Part shown: in pieces, positions 42,684-50,851 of the stretch
How positions within the stretch are numbered: the first letter of the stretch is position 1
Layout: the number at the start of each line of letters is the position of its first letter
Assembly: GCA_964370295.1 (NCBI GenBank)
Contig: CAYJIR010000003.1
Location: forward strand, 17,224 to 81,223
From: an uncultured Oscillospiraceae bacterium
GTDB lineage: Bacteria; Bacillota; Clostridia; Oscillospirales; Ruminococcaceae
DNA: 64,000 nucleotides
Reading direction: 5' to 3'
The notes under the pieces: model-generated
Database searches by the model: none
What the model was told of the DNA's origin: nothing
The model's input: the letters and a program-made list of their open reading frames with translations, nothing else
Program-made: the position numbers and the translations under genes

Positions 42684-43577
42684 ATGAAAAAAAATTTATT
42701 CGGTATAGAACATCGCTTTATCATTTTGATTGTACTAGCTTGCCTTGCCTGTGCCACAGGCCTATTTTTGGGAACCCGTTTCGATTTAATACTAGACCAA
42801 ACCTTGTACAACCCAACGGCGATTTGGGCCATTACTATGGAGGCCATTGGCTGGTGGGTATTGTATTTGCCCATGATACTCCTTTTCTTGCTAAAGTCTT
42901 TTAACACGCCTCCAAAAAACAAAAAGGTCACTTTATTTTGGTATACTTTAGCCGGAGGGGCCCAGCTTGCGTTGTTTCTTATCGCCCTGCACTATTGGCA
43001 AAACAGAGGCCTTATACAAGGTATTTTTTCACCGTTTTCTGTTATTTTCTTTGTTCTTGTTGCCGCTGTATTTTATCTTTGCACGCGGTATTTGGCGGCA
43101 CAAAACTCTTATATGCGAACCAAGCTTTTGTTTTTTGCACGCTTTGGCTCCTTATATTTGCTTTGCAATTTAACACTTGTAAATATTTTAAAATTAATTT
43201 GGCAACGCCCACGCTATGATGAAATGCTGGCCACGGACCAACTGGCAAATTTTACGGCATGGTATCATCCCTTTGGCCCTGGCGGCAGCTCGTTTCCGTC
43301 TGGGCACACAGCCAGTGCTTGTGGAATACTTTTACTTTTTATTTTGTGTGACCTGTTCCCTACATGGCAAGCTCGCAAACTATGGGTATCTTTGTTTAGC
43401 TGGGCATACATTGGCCTGATGGCATTTTCACGTTTGGTCATGGGTCGTCATTTTTTAACAGACACCGTAGCGGCTATGTTTTTGATGGCAATACTATTCG
43501 TTTGCCTGCACCATAGCAAGTGCTATCGGAAATCACTGCTACAAGTTCTTAGCGCAGAAAAGGAAGAGAGGACATAA
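42684..43577 (+). CDS. PAP2 superfamily phosphatase (membrane)
   Basis: All three acid phosphatase motifs are present: KLIWQRPRY (KxxxxxxRP), PSGH and SRLVMGRHFLTD (SRxxxxxHxxxD). The protein is polytopic. Confidence 0.85.
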   Translation: MKKNLFGIEHRFIILIVLACLACATGLFLGTRFDLILDQTLYNPTAIWAITMEAIGWWVLYLPMILLFLLKSFNTPPKNKKVTLFWYTLAGGAQLALFLIALHYWQNRGLIQGIFSPFSVIFFVLVAAVFYLCTRYLAAQNSYMRTKLLFFARFGSLYLLCNLTLVNILKLIWQRPRYDEMLATDQLANFTAWYHPFGPGGSSFPSGHTASACGILLLFILCDLFPTWQARKLWVSLFSWAYIGLMAFSRLVMGRHFLTDTVAAMFLMAILFVCLHHSKCYRKSLLQVLSAEKEERT

Positions 43578-44689
43578 TGTTTCAAATGATAGCTCCATGC
43601 TATTTTGGCATGGAAAAAGCAGCCGCCTTCGATTTTAAACGAATTGGAGCAAAAAACGTACAAATTTCCGACGGCCGCATCACCTTTAATGGTGATGCAG
43701 AAATATTAGCCGCAGCCAATTTGTGGAGCCGCAGCGCCGAACGTGTTCTTTTGCGCCTTGGTGGATTTCATGCCGAGGATTTTAATGCCTTGTTCGATGG
43801 TGTTTTTGCTCTTGCTTTAGAAGAATACCTCCCTGCAAATGCTTGCTTCCCCGTTAAAGCTTCCAGTTTATCCAGCCAATTAAGTAGTGTGCCTGCTTGC
43901 CAAAAAATAGTAAAAAAAGCGGTGGTTGAACGGTTAAAAAAAGGACATGGCGTACAAAATCTATACGAAAACGGCCCCGAGTATCGCCTACGTCTCTCGC
44001 TTAGAAAAAATGAAGCAGAACTGTTTTTGGACACTTCCGGTGCCGGGCTGCACAAGCGCGGTTATCGTCGTATCTCCGGCGCGGCCCCCTTAAAAGAAAC
44101 CTTAGCTGCGGGGATGGCCGATTTAGCCCATGTACGCCGAGACAGCCACGTGCAAGACCCCTTTTGTGGTAGCGGTACTCTTTTAATAGAATCGGCGCTT
44201 AAAGCCAAAAATATAGCCCCGGGCCTACGACGCAGCTTTGCCGCAGAACAATATGCCTTTTTACCTGCGGGTGTATTTGAGAAAATACGTAAACAAGCGC
44301 ACGAGCAGGAAAAACCACAAGCCGATTTCCATGCCTTTGGCAGTGATATAGATAGGCAAATGATCGCTTTGGCACAGGCGAATGCCAAGCTGGCTGGTGT
44401 TTTGGATGTTTGCCACTTTGCACAACAAGACATGCGTCATTTTGTCCCCGATAGCGATGCTATTTTGATGGCAAATCCACCCTATGGCGAACGCATGATG
44501 GCCGGTGATGAGGCGACCATCATGGAGCAAGATTTCGGAAAAGTTTTCCACTCGAACCGCCCACGTAGCGCTTATATACTTACGGCAAGCGAAGAATTCG
44601 AGCGTAATTTTGGGGAAAAGGCCACAAAAAAACGCAAGCTTTATAATGGTATGATACCTTGTCAGCTGTATATGTATTATTCCCATTAA
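43577..44689 (+). CDS. THUMP-domain class I SAM-dependent RNA methyltransferase (UPF0020 / RlmL N-half-like)
   Basis: 370 aa with DPFCGSGTLLIE (SAM motif I) and MANPPYGERM (NPPY motif IV). Its ATG shares one base with the PAP2 TAA. Confidence 0.85.
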   Translation: MFQMIAPCYFGMEKAAAFDFKRIGAKNVQISDGRITFNGDAEILAAANLWSRSAERVLLRLGGFHAEDFNALFDGVFALALEEYLPANACFPVKASSLSSQLSSVPACQKIVKKAVVERLKKGHGVQNLYENGPEYRLRLSLRKNEAELFLDTSGAGLHKRGYRRISGAAPLKETLAAGMADLAHVRRDSHVQDPFCGSGTLLIESALKAKNIAPGLRRSFAAEQYAFLPAGVFEKIRKQAHEQEKPQADFHAFGSDIDRQMIALAQANAKLAGVLDVCHFAQQDMRHFVPDSDAILMANPPYGERMMAGDEATIMEQDFGKVFHSNRPRSAYILTASEEFERNFGEKATKKRKLYNGMIPCQLYMYYSH

Positions 44690-44742
44690 TCGCTTTGTTT
44701 ACACAATGTCTTTTCACCGGCATCGATTTATTGCAAAATTTT

Positions 44743-44788
44743 CGCCAAAATGCATTCATTCTCATCCAAGCATTTTGGCGGCTTTTTT
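44743..44788 (+). terminator. rho-independent terminator after the THUMP methyltransferase gene
   Basis: CGCCAAAATGC / GCATTTTGGCG stem followed by GCTTTTTT. Confidence 0.7.
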
Positions 44789-44946
44789 ATTGTATATATA
44801 AAGCTTGCTTTGCCACTTTGATAAACATGGCTTGCAAGGCAAACCCCACACGATTGATTTCCACGAAACAAGAACTTTGCAAAAACTAAGATGAAATTTT
44901 TGCCAGAAAAAAGCACAAGCGATACTGTGTATACTGATAAACACCT

Positions 44947-44997
44947 TAAATAACGCCTGCTGAATAAATCCCTGCGAAGTTCATTCTGTTCCACCGC
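44947..44997 (-). repeat. truncated, inverted third copy of the hairpin-3 module of the intergenic element
   Basis: The reverse complement reads GCGGTGGaACAGAATGAacttcgcagggATTTATTCAGCAGGCGTTATTTA. It aligns with 61621-61673 and 20553-20600. Confidence 0.6.
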
Positions 44998-45010
44998 TAT
45001 GTAGCAGGCA

Positions 45011-45054
45011 TTATATAAATTGGCAGGGCATAATAGCCCTGCCAATTTATATAA
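45011..45054 (-). terminator. perfect 19-bp inverted repeat; likely bidirectional terminator after ferritin
   Basis: TTATATAAATTGGCAGGGC - ATAATA - GCCCTGCCAATTTATATAA, 14 nt from the ferritin stop. Confidence 0.7.
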
Positions 45055-45067
45055 ACCACATCACTAT

Positions 45068-45580
45068 TTAGGTGGAAGCAATACTGGGCGGTGAATAAGC
45101 CCGTACACTTAATTCCCTATCCATCTGATACAGCACTTGCGCATCTTTTCCAAATAAACTAAATTTTTTCAAAAGATCTGCTGCATTTTTTTCTTCTTCG
45201 CCCTGTTCTTTTACAAACCAGTTTAAAAACTCCATCGTACGAAAATCATTCACGTCTTTTGCTGCCGCCACAAGATTGTGTATACTGCTCGACACCATTT
45301 TTTCATGTTCGAAAGTAACACTCAAAGGTTCGCCATGCTCTTGATAATTTTTATTCGGTGCCTCGATGTCGAACAGACGCACCGCCCCATCATTATCTAG
45401 TATATACTCGCGAAAAAGCATGGCGTGGCTCATTTCTTCTTGTGCTTGCACATAAAACCAGTTAGAAAAACCGTCTAAACCTTCTTCGCGATAATAGTTA
45501 GACATCTCAAGATAAAGATAGGCCGAATACATTTCCTTTTGTACCTGCTCGTTAAGCAAGTTCAGCACTTTCTCTGTCAT
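45068..45580 (-). CDS. non-haem ferritin
   Basis: 170 aa. LNEQVQKEMYSAYLYLEMS and QEEMSHAM match the ferroxidase-centre ligand pattern of bacterial Ftn. Confidence 0.9.
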   Translation of the reverse strand: MTEKVLNLLNEQVQKEMYSAYLYLEMSNYYREEGLDGFSNWFYVQAQEEMSHAMLFREYILDNDGAVRLFDIEAPNKNYQEHGEPLSVTFEHEKMVSSSIHNLVAAAKDVNDFRTMEFLNWFVKEQGEEEKNAADLLKKFSLFGKDAQVLYQMDRELSVRAYSPPSIAST

Positions 45581-45611
45581 AGAAACTCCCTCCTTTTCGC
45601 CATATTAAAAA

Positions 45612-45989
45612 CTAAACCACACCCTCTGTTTTCCATAAACCATGCAAATTACATAGCTCATACACCGCATAAGGGCCACTTTCTACACAAAACTCGGCCA
45701 CAGGCTTTTCTCCGGGTAAAAGGTGCACATATTTTACCCGATTATTCTGCTCCAACAAAATCCATTGTATAAGGTGCTCAGCCGTCATGGGATGCTCTAC
45801 TTCTCCCACTTGTACTTGCAGTACATTCCCATTTACGCTTACACTGGGAACATGTTTTTCCTTTGCAGCATCGGTTACACCGGCTTGCATAATCTCCATT
45901 TTCTCGCCACAGCACTGCAAGGGCACCCCTGCATCCACCATCATCACTGCAACATTTCCACAGTGGCTACATTTTAGAATTTTCATCAT
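45612..45989 (-). CDS. dfx: desulfoferrodoxin (2Fe superoxide reductase)
   Basis: 125 aa from ATG 45989 after AGGAG. It has an N-terminal desulforedoxin CxxC...CC centre (KCSHCGN...QCCGEKM) plus a centre II His/Cys pattern (EKHVP, EHPM, CNLHG). Confidence 0.9.
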   Translation of the reverse strand: MMKILKCSHCGNVAVMMVDAGVPLQCCGEKMEIMQAGVTDAAKEKHVPSVSVNGNVLQVQVGEVEHPMTAEHLIQWILLEQNNRVKYVHLLPGEKPVAEFCVESGPYAVYELCNLHGLWKTEGVV

Positions 45990-46020
45990 TTTATTGCTCC
46001 TTTCCATGTTAAGCAAATTT

Positions 46021-46046
46021 ATATAAAAAACCCATTTTGGGTTTTC
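46021..46046 (-). terminator. intrinsic-terminator-like hairpin between the MFS gene and dfx
   Basis: The minus strand reads GAAAACCC-AAAAU-GGGUUUUUUAUAU, about 35 nt upstream of the dfx ATG. Confidence 0.55.
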
Positions 46047-46136
46047 TATCCATATTGTTTTACCGCTAGTATAGCAATTTCCCATCAACCCGTATCTAGA
46101 AACATGTCATATCTTGCGGTTTAAATCTACTATTTT

Positions 46137-46165
46137 AGTATAATTATATTTTTTGGTTTTGTCAA
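46137..46165 (-). promoter_or_regulatory. putative strong sigma-A promoter 25 nt after the MFS stop
   Basis: On the minus strand: TTGACA (46165-46160), 17-nt spacer, TATACT (46142-46137). Confidence 0.5.
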
Positions 46166-46189
46166 TCTTTTTTTAAGTGCATTCTTATC

Positions 46190-47473
46190 CTACGTTTCCA
46201 AGACTTCAATATGACGCCGACCCACCAACAAAAATGCACCACCTACCACAAATAAAAGTACAATGGCCAAGATAGCAAAAGAACTGCGGCCTGTAACAGC
46301 CACCACTGCAGCGTAAATAGCGGGGCCTAAAATAGAGGAGAATTTCCCAAAGATATCGTAAACGCCGAAATATTCATTCGAATGCTCTTTAGGGATGATT
46401 TTACCAAAGAATGATCGGGAAAGTGCTTGAATGCCACCTTGTACTGTTCCCACCAAAAAAGCCAAGATCCAAAATAGGATTAACGACTGTTCCCTCGTTA
46501 AAAATCCTTCTTCCAAACCAAAACCCATCACAAAGCCAAGCACACAAATAAACACATACAGCCCCACCGAAAACATTAGCATACGTATGGTACCCACCCT
46601 CACGGCAAACCTACCAAATAAAATCGCACATGGGAAGGCTACAAGCTGCGTAACCAGCAAGGCTAAAATCATACCGGTGCTATCCAGCCCCAGCGCAGTG
46701 CCATAGGCTGTGGACATTTTAATCACTGTATTTACACCGTCGATATAAAAAAAATAGGCCAACAGAAAGAATAAAATACCCTTGGTTTTGACCATGCGTG
46801 TAAGACTTTTTTTCAAAGATTGCGAAGTGCTCGCCATAAGTTTCGTTTTGGGAATGTCGCGCCCATGCACCTGTTTATAATTTCTTAGCAGTGGTATAGA
46901 AAACACCAACCACCACACTACAGTAATCACAAGAGAAATACGCACAGCCAGCACAGTATTAATACCAAAAGCGCCACCAAATGTCATCAATGCAATGGCA
47001 CCCAAAAAGGGAATGGTACTACCACCAATATAGCCCATGGCGTAGCCCCAGGCTGAAACACGATCCATCTTTTCCTTGCTTGTCACATCGGTTAGCATGG
47101 AATCATAAAACAGACATGATCCCGAAAAACCAATTTGGGCAAAAATATAGCCCACCAGCAACCCTTCCCAATTGCTAATCAGCGCACAAAAAAGCGTGAA
47201 TACTAAACCAATGCTCAAAAACACGATCAACATGCGTTTTTTCATACCATGGTAATCGCCCAGTGCTCCCAGAAAAGGCGAACATAGCGCAATTAACAAA
47301 GTGGCAACCGCGGTAGCCACACCCCACCAGGCATCGCCACTAACGCCGGCCGCTCCAGCTGTACTTGTGAAATAAACAGGAAAAATGGCCGCCATCATAA
47401 CTGTGGCGAACACCGAATTGGCCCAGTCATACCATATCCAGCTACGTTCTGCCTTTGAAAAATATTTTTTCAT
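46190..47473 (-). CDS. MFS transporter (UMF1/Atg22-like)
   Basis: 427 aa with 12 predicted helices. The N-terminal SWIWYDWANSVF is typical of the UMF1 family. Confidence 0.8.
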   Translation of the reverse strand: MKKYFSKAERSWIWYDWANSVFATVMMAAIFPVYFTSTAGAAGVSGDAWWGVATAVATLLIALCSPFLGALGDYHGMKKRMLIVFLSIGLVFTLFCALISNWEGLLVGYIFAQIGFSGSCLFYDSMLTDVTSKEKMDRVSAWGYAMGYIGGSTIPFLGAIALMTFGGAFGINTVLAVRISLVITVVWWLVFSIPLLRNYKQVHGRDIPKTKLMASTSQSLKKSLTRMVKTKGILFFLLAYFFYIDGVNTVIKMSTAYGTALGLDSTGMILALLVTQLVAFPCAILFGRFAVRVGTIRMLMFSVGLYVFICVLGFVMGFGLEEGFLTREQSLILFWILAFLVGTVQGGIQALSRSFFGKIIPKEHSNEYFGVYDIFGKFSSILGPAIYAAVVAVTGRSSFAILAIVLLFVVGGAFLLVGRRHIEVLET

Positions 47474-48234
47474 AAAAGCACCCCTTCGAAATTTTCTTCG
47501 AAATCTTCAAAGTCGGTGCCCTTCTCTTGTGCTCCGACATACACTTTTTGCACAAGTTGCACACAGAGCGGCAACGCTTGCTCCCACAAAGCATACAAAG
47601 CCATCGTCTCCTCTGGTAAATGGTTATCTTTGGGCAAAGACAAAGTGGAATACTCGTCTTCTTTGCCCAAGACACGTTCGGCCGTTTGCACTGCCGAATT
47701 CCAATCTAGCACGCGTGTGAAAAACCGAAAAGAACGCACACAAGATGCAGCTTGCCCGCTTGTGATGCCAAAGGCCAAAGCCGGCACCTCCACATTAACC
47801 CGAACAGGCAAATTTAGATAACGTGGCTCCACTCGATGATAACGCTGTCGTATAAAAACATCAAAATTTGTCTCTAGCCATTTGTGGCGTTTCCCATCAC
47901 ACGCTGCCCATTCGTTTACATACGGGTGGCACGTTCTATCCAAAGCATAATGACAACATAGACCCAATGCATAGGCAAGAAGCTCCTCATCTGGTTTTTC
48001 TTGTAACTGGGCACAAAGCCCGGCAAACAACTGTTTGCCGCTTTGGCTGTGCAACAACATGCCTTTAGCTGCAATTTCACTTTTTTTTAAAGGCTGATGA
48101 TAAAACAAAAGGTCGGGCCCTTGAAAACCCAAACGAAATAGCCGTATATTCTTTTTTGCCGCCACTTTCAGGGCCGTGGGCATCTTTGAATATATTTGTA
48201 TACCGAACTGGTCGTGCGCACTTAATGCCGGCAT
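47470..48234 (-). CDS. zinc-dependent phospholipase C-like family protein (function uncertain)
   Basis: 254 aa. The N-terminal SAHDQFG and GPDLLFY plus His-rich helices resemble the clostridial proteins annotated as this family. It overlaps the MFS start by 4 nt. Confidence 0.45.
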   Translation of the reverse strand: MPALSAHDQFGIQIYSKMPTALKVAAKKNIRLFRLGFQGPDLLFYHQPLKKSEIAAKGMLLHSQSGKQLFAGLCAQLQEKPDEELLAYALGLCCHYALDRTCHPYVNEWAACDGKRHKWLETNFDVFIRQRYHRVEPRYLNLPVRVNVEVPALAFGITSGQAASCVRSFRFFTRVLDWNSAVQTAERVLGKEDEYSTLSLPKDNHLPEETMALYALWEQALPLCVQLVQKVYVGAQEKGTDFEDFEENFEGVLL

Positions 48235-48283
48235 AAATCCCCCTTAAAACAATTATACTATTAAGTTTTCCCTCTAAACGCGT

Positions 48284-48922
48284 CTATTGATACCTATACT
48301 CCGTCAGTGTTTCCACAAACACGTCACATACACTGCGCAAAGCCATTTCGTCTTTGGCCGAGCTCTTATCAGAAACGCCCACAACATAAAACCCTGCCTT
48401 TTTTGCAGTCTCCGCAGCATGAAGGGCATCTTCAAACACAGCACAAGACGCAATGTCCGTGTTCAACTTTGCAGCCGCCTGCATATAAATTTCCGGGCTT
48501 TGCTTGCCTTGCCCCACTCCTTCGGTGGTGAGAATATCCACAAAATAATCTTCAATACCAAGCCTTTGTAGCGCCGCTCTAGCAAGTGAATACCGAGTGG
48601 CTGTGGCAATGCACATGGGTATATTTCGATGTTCTTGCAAAAATGTCAACGCACCCTCTTTTAACAGCATTTTCTCCCTGTAGTAAAACTCCATCTTTGC
48701 AACTAAGGCGGCTACTATTTCATCCGGACTTTGCGTAAAGCCAAAAACCTCGCACAAATGTTCTGCCGATTGATACGCGTCCATTTGTTTTAATGTTTCA
48801 TTCAAATGGGGCGGCACCTGGTGCACCCCTTGCTCTTTTAAAAATGCGTCCCCCACATCTTGCCAAACATGCATAGAATCTAACAAAGTGCCGTCTAAAT
48901 CAAATATGAATGCCTTTATCAT
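48284..48922 (-). CDS. HAD-IA family hydrolase (beta-phosphoglucomutase-like)
   Basis: FIFDLDGTLLDS motif I, a T in motif II (IATAT) and a distal FEDALHA motif. Confidence 0.85.
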   Translation of the reverse strand: MIKAFIFDLDGTLLDSMHVWQDVGDAFLKEQGVHQVPPHLNETLKQMDAYQSAEHLCEVFGFTQSPDEIVAALVAKMEFYYREKMLLKEGALTFLQEHRNIPMCIATATRYSLARAALQRLGIEDYFVDILTTEGVGQGKQSPEIYMQAAAKLNTDIASCAVFEDALHAAETAKKAGFYVVGVSDKSSAKDEMALRSVCDVFVETLTEYRYQ

Positions 48923-48978
48923 TAATTATCTGCCTCATTATCAATCCCACCAAGACTTTGCTTAGCAAGCATTTTTTT

Positions 48979-49014
48979 AAAAAAACGCTGCGAACCAAAA
49001 CTTAGTCCGCAGCG
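48979..49014 (-). terminator. rho-independent terminator after tRNA-Arg
   Basis: On the minus strand: CGCUGCG / CGCAGCG stem followed by UUUUUUU. Confidence 0.65.
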
Positions 49015-49016
49015 AA

Positions 49017-49091
49017 TGGCACGCCCACAGGGAATCGAACCCCGATATCTGGTTTAGAAGACCAGTGTTCTATCCGTTGAACTATAGGCGC
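49017..49091 (-). tRNA. tRNA-Arg (anticodon UCU)
   Basis: A 75-nt cloverleaf was folded by hand: D arm GTTC/GAAC, anticodon stem CTGGT/ACCAG with loop CTTCTAA, T arm CGGGG-TTCGATT-CCCTG, and an encoded CCA. The acceptor stem has two G-U pairs. Confidence 0.8.
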
Positions 49092-49159
49092 TTATAAAGG
49101 TGCACCTTTTGGCGCACCCAAAAACAAACTCACATGCGAGTTTGTTTTAGCTATTTTCT

Positions 49160-49187
49160 ATTGTATCATATGCCCACACGAAGTCAA
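49160..49187 (-). promoter_or_regulatory. putative promoter of tRNA-Arg
   Basis: On the minus strand: TTGACT (49187-49182), 16-nt spacer, TGa-TACAAT extended -10 (49165-49160). Confidence 0.5.
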
Positions 49188-49203
49188 GAGCTGAGGTATA
49201 CTC

Positions 49204-49225
49204 AAAAACAGATGCCATGGCATCC
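49204..49225 (-). terminator. rho-independent terminator after the amidohydrolase gene
   Basis: The minus strand reads GGAUGCCAUGGCAUCUGUUUUU immediately after the stop at 49240. Confidence 0.55.
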
Positions 49226-49239
49226 TTATTCCTTCTAAA

Positions 49240-50595
49240 CTATTTCACATAGCCCACGAAGTTTTCCCATACCGGAACAGACTGCTCCAGCAAACGTTGC
49301 TCGTCCACTTGTACCAAACGACCCTCACGCACCACCACACGCCCATTTACCACAGTCATGTCCACAGCACCCTTATAACCTACCGTAGCAGGCATGGCTT
49401 GCAAATCGCGGCTGGCGCCACATAACTCTATGCGGTCTAGATCGATGGCGAATAAATCGGCCGCTTTTCCGGTTTCTAAGCTTCCCACATCCTCCCGACC
49501 CAACAAACGTGCGCCACCGACCGTAGCCACCTTTAGCATATCATAGCCGCTTGGGGCTTTAGCGCTACTGTGCAAGCGGTGTAGCAAAAATCCCACGCGT
49601 AGCTCTTCCAACAAGTTGCTGCCATCATTACTTGAGCTTCCATCAACAGCGAGACCCACAGGCACACCACGCTGTAGCATTTGAGGAATTTTAGCCACGC
49701 CGGAACTCAACTTCATGTTACTAATGGGGCAGTGTGCCACACCCGTTCCTGTTTCCGCCAACAAATCAAGCTCTTCCTCGTTAAAATGTATACCATGTGC
49801 ATACCATACATCACTTCCCAACCAACCAAGGCTTTGCATGTAGGCAAGGGGGCGCATCCCTTTGGTCTCTAGGGTATAACGCTCTTCATCCAAAGTTTCG
49901 GTTAAATGCGTGTGTAAACGTACGCCGAGTTGTCTTGCCTGCACGGCACTTTCGCGCAACAAATCCTCGCTTACACTAAACGGCGAGCATGGGGCAAGCA
50001 TCACCCTACGCATCGAAAACCGAGAAGGATCGTGATAACGGCGCACGGCTTCTTCGCCGTCGCGCAAAATCTCATCCACAGTTTGCACCACACTGTCCGG
50101 TGGCAAACCACCATCTTTTTCGCTCAAATCCATGCTGCCTCTAGACGCATGCAAGCGAATACCCAAGGCTTCGGCTGCACGAAACTGTGCACCTATTAAA
50201 TCTCCACTGCCCTTTGGGAACACATAGTGATGGTCGGCACAGGTGGTACAGCCTGTTTTTAAAAGTTCACCAAGCCCTGTCAGGGAAGAACAATACACCA
50301 GTTCTTCGTTTAGCTTCTTCCAAATTTGATACGAGGCCTTTAGCCAATCAAACAACTCTAGATTTTGCAAAGGGGGTAAATTGCGGCTGAATGTTTGATA
50401 AAGGTGATGGTGGGTATTGATAAGCCCAGGATAGACCACCATGCGCGAAGCATCTATCACTTCATCGGCTTCACACGTATCGTTTCCAATATGCGTTATC
50501 TCACCATTTTCACACATTAGATTTACTTTGTTATACACCTTGTCTTCGGCATCACAACTCACCAATGTATGAATATTCTGTAGCAGTAGCTTCAT
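49240..50595 (-). CDS. amidohydrolase-superfamily deaminase (8-oxoguanine/guanine deaminase-like, COG0402 group)
   Basis: 451 aa with the metal-binding motif GLINTHHHLYQT, plus HLTET and distal HG/AVDGS motifs. The exact substrate cannot be assigned from sequence alone. Confidence 0.75.
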   Translation of the reverse strand: MKLLLQNIHTLVSCDAEDKVYNKVNLMCENGEITHIGNDTCEADEVIDASRMVVYPGLINTHHHLYQTFSRNLPPLQNLELFDWLKASYQIWKKLNEELVYCSSLTGLGELLKTGCTTCADHHYVFPKGSGDLIGAQFRAAEALGIRLHASRGSMDLSEKDGGLPPDSVVQTVDEILRDGEEAVRRYHDPSRFSMRRVMLAPCSPFSVSEDLLRESAVQARQLGVRLHTHLTETLDEERYTLETKGMRPLAYMQSLGWLGSDVWYAHGIHFNEEELDLLAETGTGVAHCPISNMKLSSGVAKIPQMLQRGVPVGLAVDGSSSNDGSNLLEELRVGFLLHRLHSSAKAPSGYDMLKVATVGGARLLGREDVGSLETGKAADLFAIDLDRIELCGASRDLQAMPATVGYKGAVDMTVVNGRVVVREGRLVQVDEQRLLEQSVPVWENFVGYVK

Positions 50596-50706
50596 GTCGT
50601 ATTCCTCCGTTTTTTACGTTTATTAAAAAACCGGCTGGTATACGGCGCAAACAACACGCTACGTTTTATACAGCGGCAACAAAGCCACCATGACCTTGTT
50701 AAAAAA

Positions 50707-50735
50707 ATTATATTGTATTCATTAAAAAAAATCAA
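50707..50735 (-). promoter_or_regulatory. putative sigma-A promoter of the amidohydrolase gene
   Basis: On the minus strand: TTGATT (50735-50730), 17-nt spacer, TATAAT (50712-50707). Confidence 0.55.
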
Positions 50736-50766
50736 GTGATATTCTTTTATTCTCTCATTGCCTCTT

Positions 50767-50798
50767 AAATTCAAACGCCACCTGCAAAACAGGTGGCG
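50767..50798 (-). terminator. terminator-like hairpin after the CNNM transporter gene
   Basis: CGCCACCTG / CAGGTGGCG 9-bp stem, followed on the minus strand by UUUGAAUUU. Confidence 0.5.
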
Positions 50799-50851
50799 TA
50801 ATTTAACATTTTCCAAAAGTGCACAATTGTTGTGCTACCGCTGGGGAAAGA

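Noticed and set aside
50596-50706. Purine (guanine/adenine) riboswitch upstream of the deaminase-like gene
   Set aside because: The candidate helix encloses only about 25 nt. The conserved J1/2, J2/3 and loop-loop sequences of the purine aptamer are absent. It is kept only as an unclassified structured leader.
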